This document shows positions 11,320 to 23,958 of a DNA stretch of 64,000 bases, piece by piece. The notes under the pieces are model-generated. The model saw only the letters and a list, made by a program, of their open reading frames with translations. It was not told the DNA's origin and ran no database searches. The position numbers and the translations under genes were made by a program. The first letter of the stretch is position 1. Every line of letters starts with the position of its first letter. Origin of the DNA: Octopus bimaculoides (lineage: Eukaryota); assembly GCF_001194135.2 (NCBI RefSeq), contig NC_068989.1, positions 57,879,840 through 57,943,839 of the forward strand. The letters are read 5' to 3'.

Positions 11320-13357
11320 TCATCATCATCATTTAACGTGCGCTTTCCATGCTGGCATGAGTTGGACGATTTGTCTGAGGACTGGCGAAACAGATGGCTG
11401 CACCAGGCTCCAATCTGATCTGGCAGAGTTTTTACAGCTGGATGCCCTTCCTAATGCCAATCACTCCGAGAGTGTAGTGGGTGCTTTTACGTGCAACTGG
11501 GACGAGGGCCAGTCAGGCAGTACTGGCAACAACCATGCTCAAGTAGTGTTTTTTACGTGCCACCTGCACAGGAGCTAGTCCAGCGGCACTGGCAACCACT
11601 TCACTTGAATATTTTTTCACGTGCCACCAGCACAAGTGCCAGTAAGGCAACGCTGGTAACAATTACGCTTGAATGGTGCTTTTTTACATGCCACCGGTAA
11701 CGGAAGCCAGTCAGCTGCTCTGGCAATGATCACACACAGATGATGCTCTTAGCACTCCAGTAGCATGGATGCCAGTCATTGAATTTGATTTCGATTTCAC
11801 TTGCCTCAACACATCTTCACAAGCAGAGTTTAGTGTCCAATGAAGGAAAGGTACATATAAGTGGGCTGGTTACACCCCTGGCATAGGCCATGGGTTATGG
11901 TCTCACTTGGCTTGCTGGGTCTTCCCAATCACAGCATATTTCCAAAGGTCTTGGTCACTAGTCATTGCCTCGGTGAGGCCTAATGTTCAAAGGTCGTGCA
12001 TCACCACCTCATTCCAGGTCTTCCTGGGTCTTCCTCTTCCACAGATTCCCCCAACCACTAGAGTGTGGCACTTTTTCACACAGCTATCCTCATCCATTCT
12101 CACCATATGACCATACCAGCGCAGTTGTCTCTCTTGCACACCACATCTGATGCTTTTTATGTCCAACTTTCCTCTCAAGATACTTACACTCTGTCAAGTG
12201 TGCACACTGACATTACACATCCAGCGGAGCATACTGGATTCATTCTTTGCAAGCTTATGCATGTCCTCAGCAGTCACAGCCCATGTTTCACTGCCAGGTA
12301 GCATGGCTGTTTGTACACATGCATCATACAGTCTACCTTTTACTCTGAGCAAGAGGCCCTTTGTCACCAGCAGAAGTAAGAGCTCTCTGAACTTTGCCCA
12401 GGCTATTCTTATTCTAGCAGCTACACTTTCAGTGCACCCTCCCCTGCTACTGACTTAGTCACCTAGGTAACGGAAGCTATCAACAATTCTAGTTTTTCTC
12501 CCTGGAATGTGGCAGAAGTTGTTCTCTTCACATTTTCAGTGTTTATTGCTCCTGAGCATCTGCCACATACAAAAACTATCTTTCCAGTTAACCTTCCTTT
12601 GATATTGCTGCACCTCTTATGTGTCCATAGATTACACTGGGTACATCTCATAGAGTTTCTACCTATGCCTTTTCTACAGATCGAGCAGGGCCATCTACCC
12701 GAAGGGACTTTGGTTTTACCTAGGTTGACTCTAAGGCTCTTTGATTCTAGTCCTTATTTCCACACCTGAAGCTTCTCCACTAGTTCTGATAGTGACTCAG
12801 CAATTAGAGCAAGGTCATTAGCATAGAGGAGCTCCCAGGGGCATCCTGTCTTGAATTCCTCTGTTATTGCCTGGAGGACTATGATAAATAAGAGGGGGCT
12901 GAGGACTGAACTTTGATGGACCCCTACCTTTCACTAACCATTCATCTATCCCTAGTTTCCTCATTGACCACCAGATAAGGGATTGGGGGACCCTGTCAAA
13001 GACTTTCTCCATGTCAATAAAAGCCAGGTACAGAGGTTTATCTTTGGCTAGGTATTTCTCCTGCAGCTGTCTTACCAGAAATATAGCATCAGTGGTGCTT
13101 TTCCCTGGCACAAACCCAAACTGCATCTCATCTAGACTGACTCTCTCCCTAATTAGTTGGGCTATGACCCTCTCCGTGATCTTCATTACCTGATCCAACA
13201 ATTTGATACCTCTGTAATTATTTGTATCTAAAGCGTCACTTTTTACCTTTGTAGCAGTTGACTATGGTGTTGCTACACCAGTCATTGGGTATGACTCCTT
13301 CGTGTATCACTTGGTTAACTATATGGGTGACTAGGCTATAACCAACACCGCCAGATT
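11320..13357 (-). mobile_element. 5'-truncated RTE LINE, same family as 5107-7146, inverted, with internal deletions
   Basis: RT motifs (QFGFVPGKSTTDAIF), PHD insert (CTQCNLWTHKRC...CGRC) and 3' UTR ending in (GAT)n. Deletions near 12930 and 12710. Confidence 0.92.
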
Positions 13358-13925
13358 GGTTATAGAATAATAGTAGAGAATGAAAAGAAAGAATGATATG
13401 ATAATATAGATAATAATAATAACAATCAAAATTGAAACAGCTAAAAATAATAAATGTATTTGAGATTCTAATTAACTCAAAATTACGAATAGCTGACTGT
13501 TTCTGGAAAATCCAGCCAGTAATGTTACTTTTACACAGTGTAACTTATATCCTGTTGTGATAGATCTGTAGAATGAAATATACAAATTCATTGTATTATA
13601 CAGAATGCATAAATGTCACAGCTCACCGAGTCAATGAGAAGGACAGAAGAAACAGTTTATTTGCAATAAAATAAACACTGAATTCTCAATAGGCAAGGTA
13701 ATTTACCTCAAAATAAGGGCAAACATATAGTTTAATGCTTTCCCTCCAAACTTTGTTTTTATAACTTTGACTAATAATGCTTAGTTTACAATGAAAATTT
13801 ATAGATTCTAAAGGTGTAAATTACAATTAAGTTGGGGAAATTTTTTAAATTAATTTTTATATGTTTTTTAAAATTTTGAAAGAAAATAGATCTATACAAT
13901 TTTAACCATTTAACTTGCTTATGGT

Positions 13926-16525
13926 TGTAGCAGAGCTACATATTATATAGTAATATGTGAGTTGACCTGCACAGCAGATGAATATATCAATGAGGTGTCT
14001 AGCCTTGCTTTGATACAGTAACCTCGTTCTGACACATTAGCCTCGTTCTGAGTTACACTATAGAAAACTCTCAGTTCCTGCTGGGTTTCAGTTAAAGACA
14101 CATGTCTTCTCTGCAGCTCCACGTGCAATCTCCCATGTGTGACTGCCATGCCTATTCACCTCGACACAACATATATGGTTCATAAACGAAGATATTTTAT
14201 CACACACACATTCTCAAAATGACTGTTCTCATTACACACCTGCATACATACTGTAATACAAATATCATATGTTACCTCTTTCAGTGCAAAAACAAAAATC
14301 AAAACTTTCTTTGTATCTAAACACACGTCTTTGTATCATACTACATGCTTGGACTCCACCCAACTTGACTCCTTCAACACAGCAAAGCAGCAACTCACTC
14401 ATGCATCACTTCTTGGCCACCCTGTCACGGACGCTCAGCTACACCTTGTAGTGGATGCATCCAACACTGCCATAGGCATGGTGTTACAACAATTTCACCA
14501 GCAATAATTCCAGCCTCTTACCTTTTTCTCTCGGCAGCTCAAACCAGCTGAAACTCACTATAGTACTTTTGGACAGGAGCTGTTTGCTATGTATTCAGCA
14601 GTCAAATATTTCTGGCACACACTCGAGGGATGCCAATTCGTGATTTTTATGGACCACCATCCACTCACCTTTACCCTGTGCTCGAAGCCTGACAAGTACT
14701 CTCTGCGGGAAACCAGGCACTTGGATTTCATTTCCCAATTTACCACCGACATCCATCATATTTCTGGTGTAGATAACACTGCAGCAGACGCCTTATTGCG
14801 CCTACCACTGAACTCACTGTCATCACCTACAGACATCAACCTGCATCTCCTGGCTAAAGATCAATCTTGCTTTAAGACAAATGATATATCCTCACTCACC
14901 TTTGCCACATGCAACTTCAAGTACTTCCCAGTACCCACAGCTGATGCACAGATTTTGTGCGATGCTTCCATGAATTCTCCTCGTCCTTTTGTTCTGGAGA
15001 TTCACACACAAACAGTCTCCAACATACTGCATAATCTGTCACCGCCACAGTGAAACTCATTTAGGCTAAATTCTTTTGGCCAAATATGAGATGAGACATC
15101 ACTGCTTGGTCATGCTCCTGCCTTTTCTGTCAGAAGTCAAAGGTGCATAGCCACATCCATGCACCCCTTGGCACATTCAACACCCTGGATGTGCATTTCA
15201 ACCATGTACACATCGACCTTGTCAGACCTTGGCCAGTCAGCCAGGGATATACTTACCTGCTCACCTGCATTGAATATTTCACACATTGGCTAGAATCTAT
15301 TCCTTTGGTAGATATCACTGCAGAATCTGTTGCCAAAGCTTTTCTCACAGGATGGATATCATGGTACAGAGTCTATACCACCATCACTACAGACCATGGA
15401 AAACAGTTTGAATCACAACTCTTCCACAAGCTCATGTAGACCATAGGTATACGTTGAATTCGAACAGCCAGTTACCATCCACAATCCAATGGTATGGTGG
15501 AACGATTCCACTGTCAAATGAAAGCTGCTTTGCGTGCTTACTCAGATCAGCAGCGTTGGAGCAAATATCTTCCAATAGTCCTTCTTGGCTGTCGAGCCTT
15601 GATAAAGGAGGATCTTGGTTATTCCCCAGCAGAACTTGTTTATGGCACACCTCTTTCATTGCCAGGCTAGATGTTGGCCCCAGTGGATCTATCCACACAA
15701 GACCCTACTACATGCAAGAACTGCCACCCATGTCAACACGACACCAAACCACTAAATCATCAGTTCCAAAAGACATTGTGTTTCTATGAAACAATGCTGT
15801 GAAAACCCCTCTCACACCTCCATACATGGGATCCTAGCACGTCCTGTTGCACACAGACAAATTATATACCATAGACATTAATGGTAAAAAAGGAAACTGT
15901 CTCAAAAGACAGGCTTAAGCGGGCATACACAGACAGTGATACAATACCACCTCATACACCTCCCACATTCACAGTACAACATAAAACAAAAACTACCCCA
16001 CTGCAACCACCACTACCATCATCACACACACTGACCCCTCCTCCATCTACATACATCACTACGACTCGTAGTGGTTGCTGTGTACATTGGCCCACCAAGC
16101 TGTCTAAAACTATATACATCTGAACTATAATGAATTATTTGTGAACTTACCAAAGACTTTTCAACATGTCACCAACAACACAGTTTTTTTTTTAACTTTA
16201 CCTAATCGACTTGAACATTTTCCTTATTTCTTTGTGTTCATATCCTATTTATCCTTACCATGCTCTGCCTTTTCATTTCAGTTTCTCATTAGTTGTTGTA
16301 TGCATCCTTCTGTTTGTATTCCATGTTCTTACCTGCTTTTTGCACTGCATATTTACATACGTCACCTCTATTTTCTTTTTTTTACTTTTTCAAGTCTAGC
16401 AGGAGGCTATGTGGCAGAGCTACATATTGCATAGTAATATGTGAGTTGACCTGCACAGCAGACGAATATAGCAACGAGGTATCTAGCCTCACTTTGATAC
16501 AGTAGCCTCGTTCTGAGACACTGTA
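13926..16525 (+). mobile_element. Internally deleted Ty3/Gypsy LTR retrotransposon with both short LTRs (about 13926-14062 and 16410-16525)
   Basis: Two similar LTRs start tgt(a/g)gcagagctacatatt, with a purine-rich agcaggaggcta tract before the 3' LTR. RNase H (DASNTAIG...FSRQLKPAETHYSTFGQEL) and integrase (HIDLV...TTDHGKQFES...YHPQSNGMVERFH) are decayed. No gag, protease or RT core seen. Confidence 0.85.
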
Positions 16526-17374
16526 GTAGACAGAAACCAAAAGAAGCCTTCATATATGCGTATATGTACATCTACGTGTGCGCATATGTGTGTATGTGTG
16601 AATTCATATTTCCCTCATCTTCACTTGCCAGTTATAAACAATGGCCTCACTGATTGTATCATTTGCTTGCAATCCACCTCAAAAACATGTTTGGACTGAG
16701 AGATCATTACCTCCATTGGAAGCAAGTGGGATTAGTCAGCAGGAAGGGCAACGGTTGTTGTGGTACTAGTGATGGTAACACTGTCGCTAATCCAGTATGT
16801 ATAAGTAAAATTACAAATAAAAAATATACATCTCTGAAAATTTGTCAATGCAGTTGGATGATATAATTTACATTATATAACTAATAATCATTCTTTGTTA
16901 ATGAAATGCATGTAAAAATGTCACTAAATATCTTATAAAAAAACTCTCTTACTTTGCTTTGTTTTAGATATCATTATCATCATCACTATCATTGTTTTAA
17001 TGTCCACTTTTCCATGGTTACCTGAATCAGACAGAATTTGTTGAAACAGACTTTTCTGTGACCAGACATGTTTATGGCACACTTGAAATGAATGACCACC
17101 ACTTGTGTGATCATGACATTTATTTACAATCATTGCATGATGCCAAAGCAAAGAAATATTAACATACACATATACAAATATATGAATATGTATATGAGTG
17201 TGTGTGTGTATGACACACACTCACACGTATGTATGCATGTATGTCAACGGGATGGCATACAAAGAAGTAGCCTGGGTTCCATAGCATAATGTATATATAG
17301 AAATAAATTCACACATAAAAAAGCACCCAGCCTTTCACATCTAAGTGTCATTATCTAATTTTGACTGCTTGTAA

Positions 17375-17780
17375 CTGCTGAACAAAGATGGGACACTAGT
17401 GGACTGTTTGCTACATTATCCTCACCGCATTAGTTGGTTGTAAGATTGCATTTTTTCTGAGATGACAAACATAACAGCAAAAAGGGTGGAGATTGTGAAA
17501 GTGTATGTAAGAATAGGTTCTGTTTGAGCAAATGCTTGAAATTTTTGAAGTCAAGTCTCCAGGTAAAGACTTACCAGCAAAAAGAACAATACAAATGTTG
17601 GTTAAGAAGTGGAATGCTACAGGGTCAGTGTATAATGCCCCAAAGCAAAGAGACACTGCAATTCAAATGCCAGAAGTTATTCAGGACATTCACCAAAGTA
17701 TTACTCAAAGTCCAAAGAAGTTAACACATAAATTGGCGAGGCAGTCTCACATGATAGGAAGTCATGCCAATGGGTATGAA
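17375..17780 (+). mobile_element. Tc1-like transposase N-terminal fragment
   Basis: LPAKRTIQMLVKKWNATGSVYNAPKQR...SPKKLTHKLARQ resembles Tc1-family HTH regions. Confidence 0.55.
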
Positions 17781-18904
17781 AAAATCTCTATATATATATA
17801 TGACGAGCTTCTTTCAGTTTCCATGTACCAAATCCACCCACAAGGCTTTGGTTGGCAAGAGGCTATAGTAGAATACACTTGTCCAAGGTACCATGCAGTG
17901 GGACTAAACCCAGAACTATGTGGTTGGTAAGCAAGCTACTTACCACACAGCCACTCATGCATACATATACAATTCATACACACATGTGTTTATTTATGTT
18001 GAAACATTATTTTATATATTAATTCAAATCTAAATATGAATCTGCCTATTAGAATATTATATTTACCTATTGGAATAACAATGTTATTGATATAGGAAAC
18101 ATAAACCAGTAAATTCTTCAGATACTTAATATCCCTTTGGTGAATTTTACCCCTAGTTATATATATATATATATATGATGGGCTTCTTTTAGTTTCTGTC
18201 AACCAAATCCACTCTGAAAGTTTGGGTTGGCCTAAGTCTGTTGTAAAAGATACTTGCAAAAGGTGTCTGTGTTTACATGTGTGTGTGTGTTTGTATATGA
18301 AAGCTTGTGAATATTGAGTGTAGCTCCTTCTGACTAATCCATTAAGTTTAAACACACACTGTTGTGTATATCAACATTGCCATTGAATAAATATACCTGT
18401 CTCATAATACTGAGTACTCTTATAATTCCACCCCCTATCACATATCCCTCTCATCACTAACCTTCATATCCCTATCTCTCAATCTTCTCACTCTATAAAG
18501 TGGCTAGTGAGCAAGCACAGTGAAATCCTTTTAGTTGTGTTGAGAACACAGCAACCTGTCTAGTGCCAGTGTCACAAAAAACACTCAGTACACCCTGTTA
18601 CGTGTGAGATTGTGACGGCCCTTTTTATCTTGTAAAGGAAATGACAACTTTAGTATTGCTACCATGAAAAAAAAAGCAACTAGTACACAAATGTATGTAT
18701 GTATGTACGTACGTACATACTGAAATGGCAGTCTGTTGTAGAAACAAAATGAAACGTTTTCCAGGAAATATTACTTGTTTTTTTTTTTCAATTCAGAGAA
18801 AAGTATTCAGCAATTAATTAGTAATGGGTAAGTAGATTATTGTCAATAACATTAAGCTATTATATGACACATGATCAAATTCTAGCTTAATTACTGATAT
18901 ATAA

Positions 18905-18970
<66 letters not shown>

Positions 18971-19094
18971 GTAGTTTGCTTAGAGTATTGTGATACAGAA
19001 GTAAAAGGGTTACCTAACTTTCTCTTTTTGCCTTGTAAGATACTTCCTGTCTTCATTATTTGTTATTTTATATATATTTATATCAATGTATGTA

Positions 19095-19522
19095 CATCTC
19101 TCTGTCTATCTATGGATTTGGAGGTTAAGCTAAGATTTTTTAAGCTCTATCAGACATACTGACACCTGGCACATTCTGTAAAGTTCACAATGCACATGTT
19201 GCCCAGATGAAAGCACAGTCCTGCAGTTATGAAATCTTTTGTTATACCCTTTACTCTCCCAACCTTGCACCATCTGACTTCTACCTCTTTCCAACCATAA
19301 AGTCTTTTTTGAAGAAGCACTTTTCAGATGATGATGAATTTATTTCTGAGGTAAAGTCTTGGCTCCAGATACAATCTACTGATTCTACAGACAAGGTCTT
19401 CACAGCTGCATAAGGCAATGAGAGAAGTGTGTCACCATTGATGGCAGCTATGCAGAGAAGGACTAATAATTATGCCAAGTTTTGTTTATCCCTGTTCTTG
19501 GGAAGTGGGTCAGTAGAAATCT
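19095..19522 (+). mobile_element. Mariner C-terminal fragment with right TIR
   Basis: YSPNLAPSDFYLFPTIK motif; ends ...aatgaacacccctcata-ta. Confidence 0.75.
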
Positions 19523-19594
19523 TTAATGAACACCCCTCATATATATAGACATATATATATATATATAAGTGTTTGTGTGTGTGTGTGTGTGTGT

Positions 19595-19849
19595 GTAGGG
19601 AGAATTCACAAAAAAACAAAAGACAAAGACAGGTGGTGTAGACAACAAACATGTATTAGTTTAACGCTCAGGAAGTGAAAAAGTCTTTAACGCTTCAAGC
19701 TTACACTCTTCCACAGAAAGAAACAAGGAAAAAAAATAAAGAATGTGTAGTGGCTAGCGATCTATCATGGCAAAGGCCGGACAGAAGTGTCACACAGGAG
19801 AGCTAGGAAGAAGGGGTTATAATAAAGTAGTGGTGATCCCAAAATGTGC

Positions 19850-19850
<1 letters not shown>
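19595..19850 (-). mobile_element. Penelope-like terminal-repeat fragment with degenerate hammerhead-like motif
   Basis: Minus strand reads ctttCTGTGGA-A-gagt-gtaa-gctt-GAAG-cgtt-aaag, with hammerhead-like topology but a mutated core. Confidence 0.4.
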
Positions 19851-19884
<34 letters not shown>

Positions 19885-19887
<3 letters not shown>

Positions 19888-20555
19888 GGTGTTTAGGCTA
19901 AATTAGATGATTTTTTCTAGGTCTGCTTTTTTCAGTAACAGCTTGATGTATTGATGAACAGTCAACTGAGTTGGAGAGCATAAAGATTCAAGTTGTAGTC
20001 AAGAAAAAGTTAGACAACATGAAAGACTGGAAGCCATCTGAATATTGGAAAAGAATTTCATGTATCATGATGATTCGCACTGGGTCTCAATTCTCTGTGA
20101 ACCCTGTAAAGGCTGTAATATGTGACATGGACATCATGAAAACCAAGTTCCCCCAAAGTGTTGTGGTCTTTGGGTGTGTCTTCAGTAAGGGTGACATCAT
20201 ACTGCCCCACATCTTTGAACAGGGCCTTAGGCACCATTCAGATGAAGCTGCTGGAGAGAGTTGCTGCTGAAAGGCCATATGCATGGCAGCAGGATTTAGC
20301 CCCTTGCCATATCTCCAGAGTCAGAAATGGTTGCTGGAGAATTTCTATGACTTCACCAGTCCCAATTTTGGCCTCCTAATTTCCCCATTTGTTATCCCAT
20401 GGATTGCTACATGTGGGGCACTGTTGAGAAAGACACCAACAACTTTGCCTGCAACACCAAGGCCAAGATCAAGGAGGTGTTTGAAAATCTTCCATAGTAT
20501 ACAATGAGTATTGCATGCACCAGGTTCTGGAGCCATTTGGAGGCCATGGTGGAAG
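19885..20555 (+). mobile_element. Tc1/maT-like transposase relic (a related fragment lies at about 4945-5110)
   Basis: TKFPQSVVVFGCV...PHIFEQGL, YAWQQDLAPCH and W..CGALLRK segments; begins ta-cagggtgttt. Confidence 0.65.
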
Positions 20556-21194
20556 TGTGTACAGGCTCATATATTTATACCATGGGCTTCTTTCAGTTTC
20601 CATCTAGTAAATCCAATGACAAGGCCTTGGTTAGCCCAGGGCTAAAGTAGAAGATAATGGTGCAAGGTTCCATGCAGTGGAACTGAACATGAAACAATGA
20701 GGTTAGGAAACAAGCTACTTAACCACATAATCATACCTCTATTCATACACACACTCACATAATGTTAGTAAGTAGGAGAGAAAACATGGCTCTCGTGCTG
20801 TCAGGAAACTGATAATGATGAATGTGGAGAAATGGAGTAGGAACTTTGGGCAATTGGAATGGTTTCCAATTTGGAAATTACTGTATTTGCCAGCAAATAA
20901 GATGTGCTTTTCCTATTTTTAAATTATATTTTAAATTCTCCTCTTTTCATGCTGGCATGGATTGGATTGTTTGACAGGAGCTGGCAAGTCAGAAGACTGT
21001 GTTAAGCTATACTTTTTTGTTTGGCAAGGTTTCTATAGCTGGATGCCCTTCTTAATAATAATCACTTTACAGAGTGCTTTTTATATGGCACCAACAAGTA
21101 GTGAAGTCACCAAGTAACTTTTAAGACAAGACTCCTCAACTGAATGGGGTGTAGTATTGAGGGTGGTGGCTTCGTGCCAGATGATGAGAAGTTA

Positions 21195-21490
21195 GAGTAT
21201 GATGCTCACAATCATGAGGTAATGAGCTTGATTCCTGAACCGGGCTTTATTTCATGTTGCTCCAGTTCACTCAGCTGTAGAAATGAGTTGTGACATCACT
21301 GTTGCAAAGCTGTATTGGCCTTTGCCTTTCCCTTGGATAACATTTGTGACATGGAGATGGGGAGGCTGGTATGCATGGGTGACTGCTGGTCTTCTACAAA
21401 CAATTTTGCCTAGACTTGTGCCTCAGAGGGTAACTTTTTAAATGCAATCCCATGGTCATTGATGACCAAAGGGGGGGGGGGTCTTTACCC
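21195..21490 (+). mobile_element. Older copy of the tRNA-derived SINE family seen at 33167-33500
   Basis: Shares ttgctccagttcactcagctgtagaaatg...ggggaggctggtatgcatggg...gcaatcccatggtca. Confidence 0.7.
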
Positions 21491-22189
21491 TTTACCCATT
21501 TAGAAGGATGGGAATAGGTATGTTACAATAAAAGAGAAACATGGCTACCTCAGTTGGTGAGAGAGAGAGATAAGACAGTTAATATGTGACAAGGAATAAA
21601 CTCAAGTTATGGTTTTGCTTCTATGGCTGGATGCCGCTCCTTATGCCAACTACACCACTAAGTGTACAGGCTGCACAGCATCAGCGCTTTTATGCGGAAC
21701 CAGCACCCACACTAATGCCTTTTATATGGCACCTTGATTTTAGGATCTCAATTCAGTTGTGGCAGACAGGTCTTCTTGAGTACAGCAATGTACCACATAT
21801 CTTGGTCCTGTCATCTCCTTCATAAGGTGCAGCGTTTTGTGATTGACCTTCAATACTTTGTCCCATGTCTTCCTGGGTCTCCCTCTTCTACAGCTTCCCT
21901 CATCACTTCTTTATGCAACTGTCCTCATCCATCTGCAATACCATACATTATTTAATGACTAGGTTACCTTTAAGAAACAGATTTTAATTACCTCATTGAG
22001 AATTCTCTGAGAAAAGTGAAAGGAATATTAATCTTTCATCTACCTGCCAGCTATTTGCAATGGCAACACCACCATACTGGTAGTGTACTACCCTAATGGC
22101 TAATTTACAGTAGCACAAAACATCATAGCTAAAAATAGGAGTTTTACATTATTTGAAGTAATTCTCTTGACAAGCACAGCATGGCTGTG

Positions 22190-22592
22190 TGGCATTGGCA
22201 CAGTTGTAGCTGTGTGGTAAGAAGCTTGCTTCCCAACCACATGGTTCCAGGTTCAGTTCTGCTGCATGGCACCTTGGGTAAGTGTCTTCTACTATAGCTT
22301 TGGGCTGATCAAAGTTTTGTGAATGGATTTGGAAGACAGAAACTGAAAGAAGCCCATTGTATGTATATATATATATATATATGAATGTATTTATATGTGT
22401 GTGTGTCTGTGTTTGTCCCCGCTACCATCGCTTGACAACCAATGCTCATGTGTTTACGTCCCCATAACTTACTGGTTCAACATAAGAAACTGATAGAATA
22501 AGTACTAGGCTTACAAAGGATAAGTCCTGGGCTTGATTTCTCTGACTTAAACCCTTTAATACAGTGCTCCAGCACGGACAGTCACATGACTG
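22190..22592 (+). mobile_element. Full-length bipartite tRNA-derived SINE with central (TA)/(TG) microsatellite
   Basis: Head gctgtgtggtaagaagcttgcttcccaacc, then microsatellite, then tail ...gactgaaacaagtaa. Many partial copies occur; a full inverse copy lies at about 52005-52385. Confidence 0.8.
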
Positions 22593-22682
22593 AAACAAGT
22601 AATTATACAGTTGACTTCAAAAAGAAGTTTGAAATACAGTGCTGGCATAACAGTTTATATATGATAGATTTATAGTTTCATA

Positions 22683-23958
22683 TCCGAGTGGGTATCCAAA
22701 AGTAACAGGAAATGTTCTCTGTGAGACAAACCTTTTGTAGTGCAGGTTTCTGCTGCTAGAAAGTAGATGCGGCTTTCAAGCATCAGTCTGCCGACCTGTG
22801 GCAGTGAGTAAAGTCATGCTCCTACAAAGTGCATCTTTGTATTGCAGTGCTTCTCCCCTGTTCGTTGATTTTTGCAATGGCTGAAATAGAGAAACAGCAT
22901 GCTTCCATGAGATTCTGTTTACTGCTGGGGAAAATGGCTGCCGAAAGTTGTCATGTTTCAAACGGCTTACAAGAATGCTGCCATGAGCAAAACAAGTTTA
23001 TGAGTGGTTTCCACACTTTAGGAATGGTCACTTGTTGCTTGAAGACCAACCACATTCAGAGCAACTGGCAACCTCCCAAACGAATCAAAGCATTATGAAA
23101 ATTCATGAACTGATCTTGGAGGACCATTACTGAACAATTGACAAACTTGTTGATGTGACTGGTGTGTCCTGGAGCTCTTGCCAGTGCATTTTGAGTGAGG
23201 AATTGGGAATGAAATGAGTTGCAGCAAAATTTGTGCCTCACTTGCAAAAGCAATCACAACTGAATGTGTCATGAACTGAAAGAACAGTTGGAAGTTGATC
23301 TGGACCTTTTGCCGAAGGTCATCACTGGTGACGAAAGCTGGCGCTATCTGGAAACAAAGCAGCAATCAAGTCAATGGAAGCATTCAATGTCACCATACCC
23401 CAAAAAGGTGTGTCAAGTCCAATGTCAAGACTGCTGATTTGTTTCATCGATGTGAAAGGAATTGTCCACACAAAATTTGTTCCTCCTGGTTGAACAGTTA
23501 AACAGACATATTACTTGACAGTGCTGCGGTGCTTGCGAGACAGGGTGAGACAAAAACACACCAACCTGTGACAAAGTGGAGAGTGGTGGTTTCATCACGG
23601 CAATGCATCTGTGCACACCATCTTGAGTATGAGACAGTTTTTGACCAAAAATGGTATGACCCCACTAACCCTATTCACCTGATCTTGCTCCCTGCAACTT
23701 TCTTTTGTTCTCTCAAATGGAAAAAGTCCTTCAAGGAAAACGTTTTGCAGATGTGGAAAAAGTGACATAAAAGATGGAGGCGTTAAGGCATCACTCTGCA
23801 AGAGTTCCAGGACTGCTTCAAACAGTGGAAAACGCATCTAGACCAATGCATTGCTTCAAATGGAGAATACATTGAAGGTGATAAAAGTGTAAACATGTAA
23901 AACTAAGTGAATAAAATAATATTGCAAAATTCCGGTTTCTTTTGAGTACCACCTCATA
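22683..23958 (+). mobile_element. Near full-length decayed mariner
   Basis: IEKQHASMRFCLLLGKMAAE, VITGDESW and SPDLAPCNFF-like motifs broken by stops; approximate TIRs at both ends. Confidence 0.8.
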
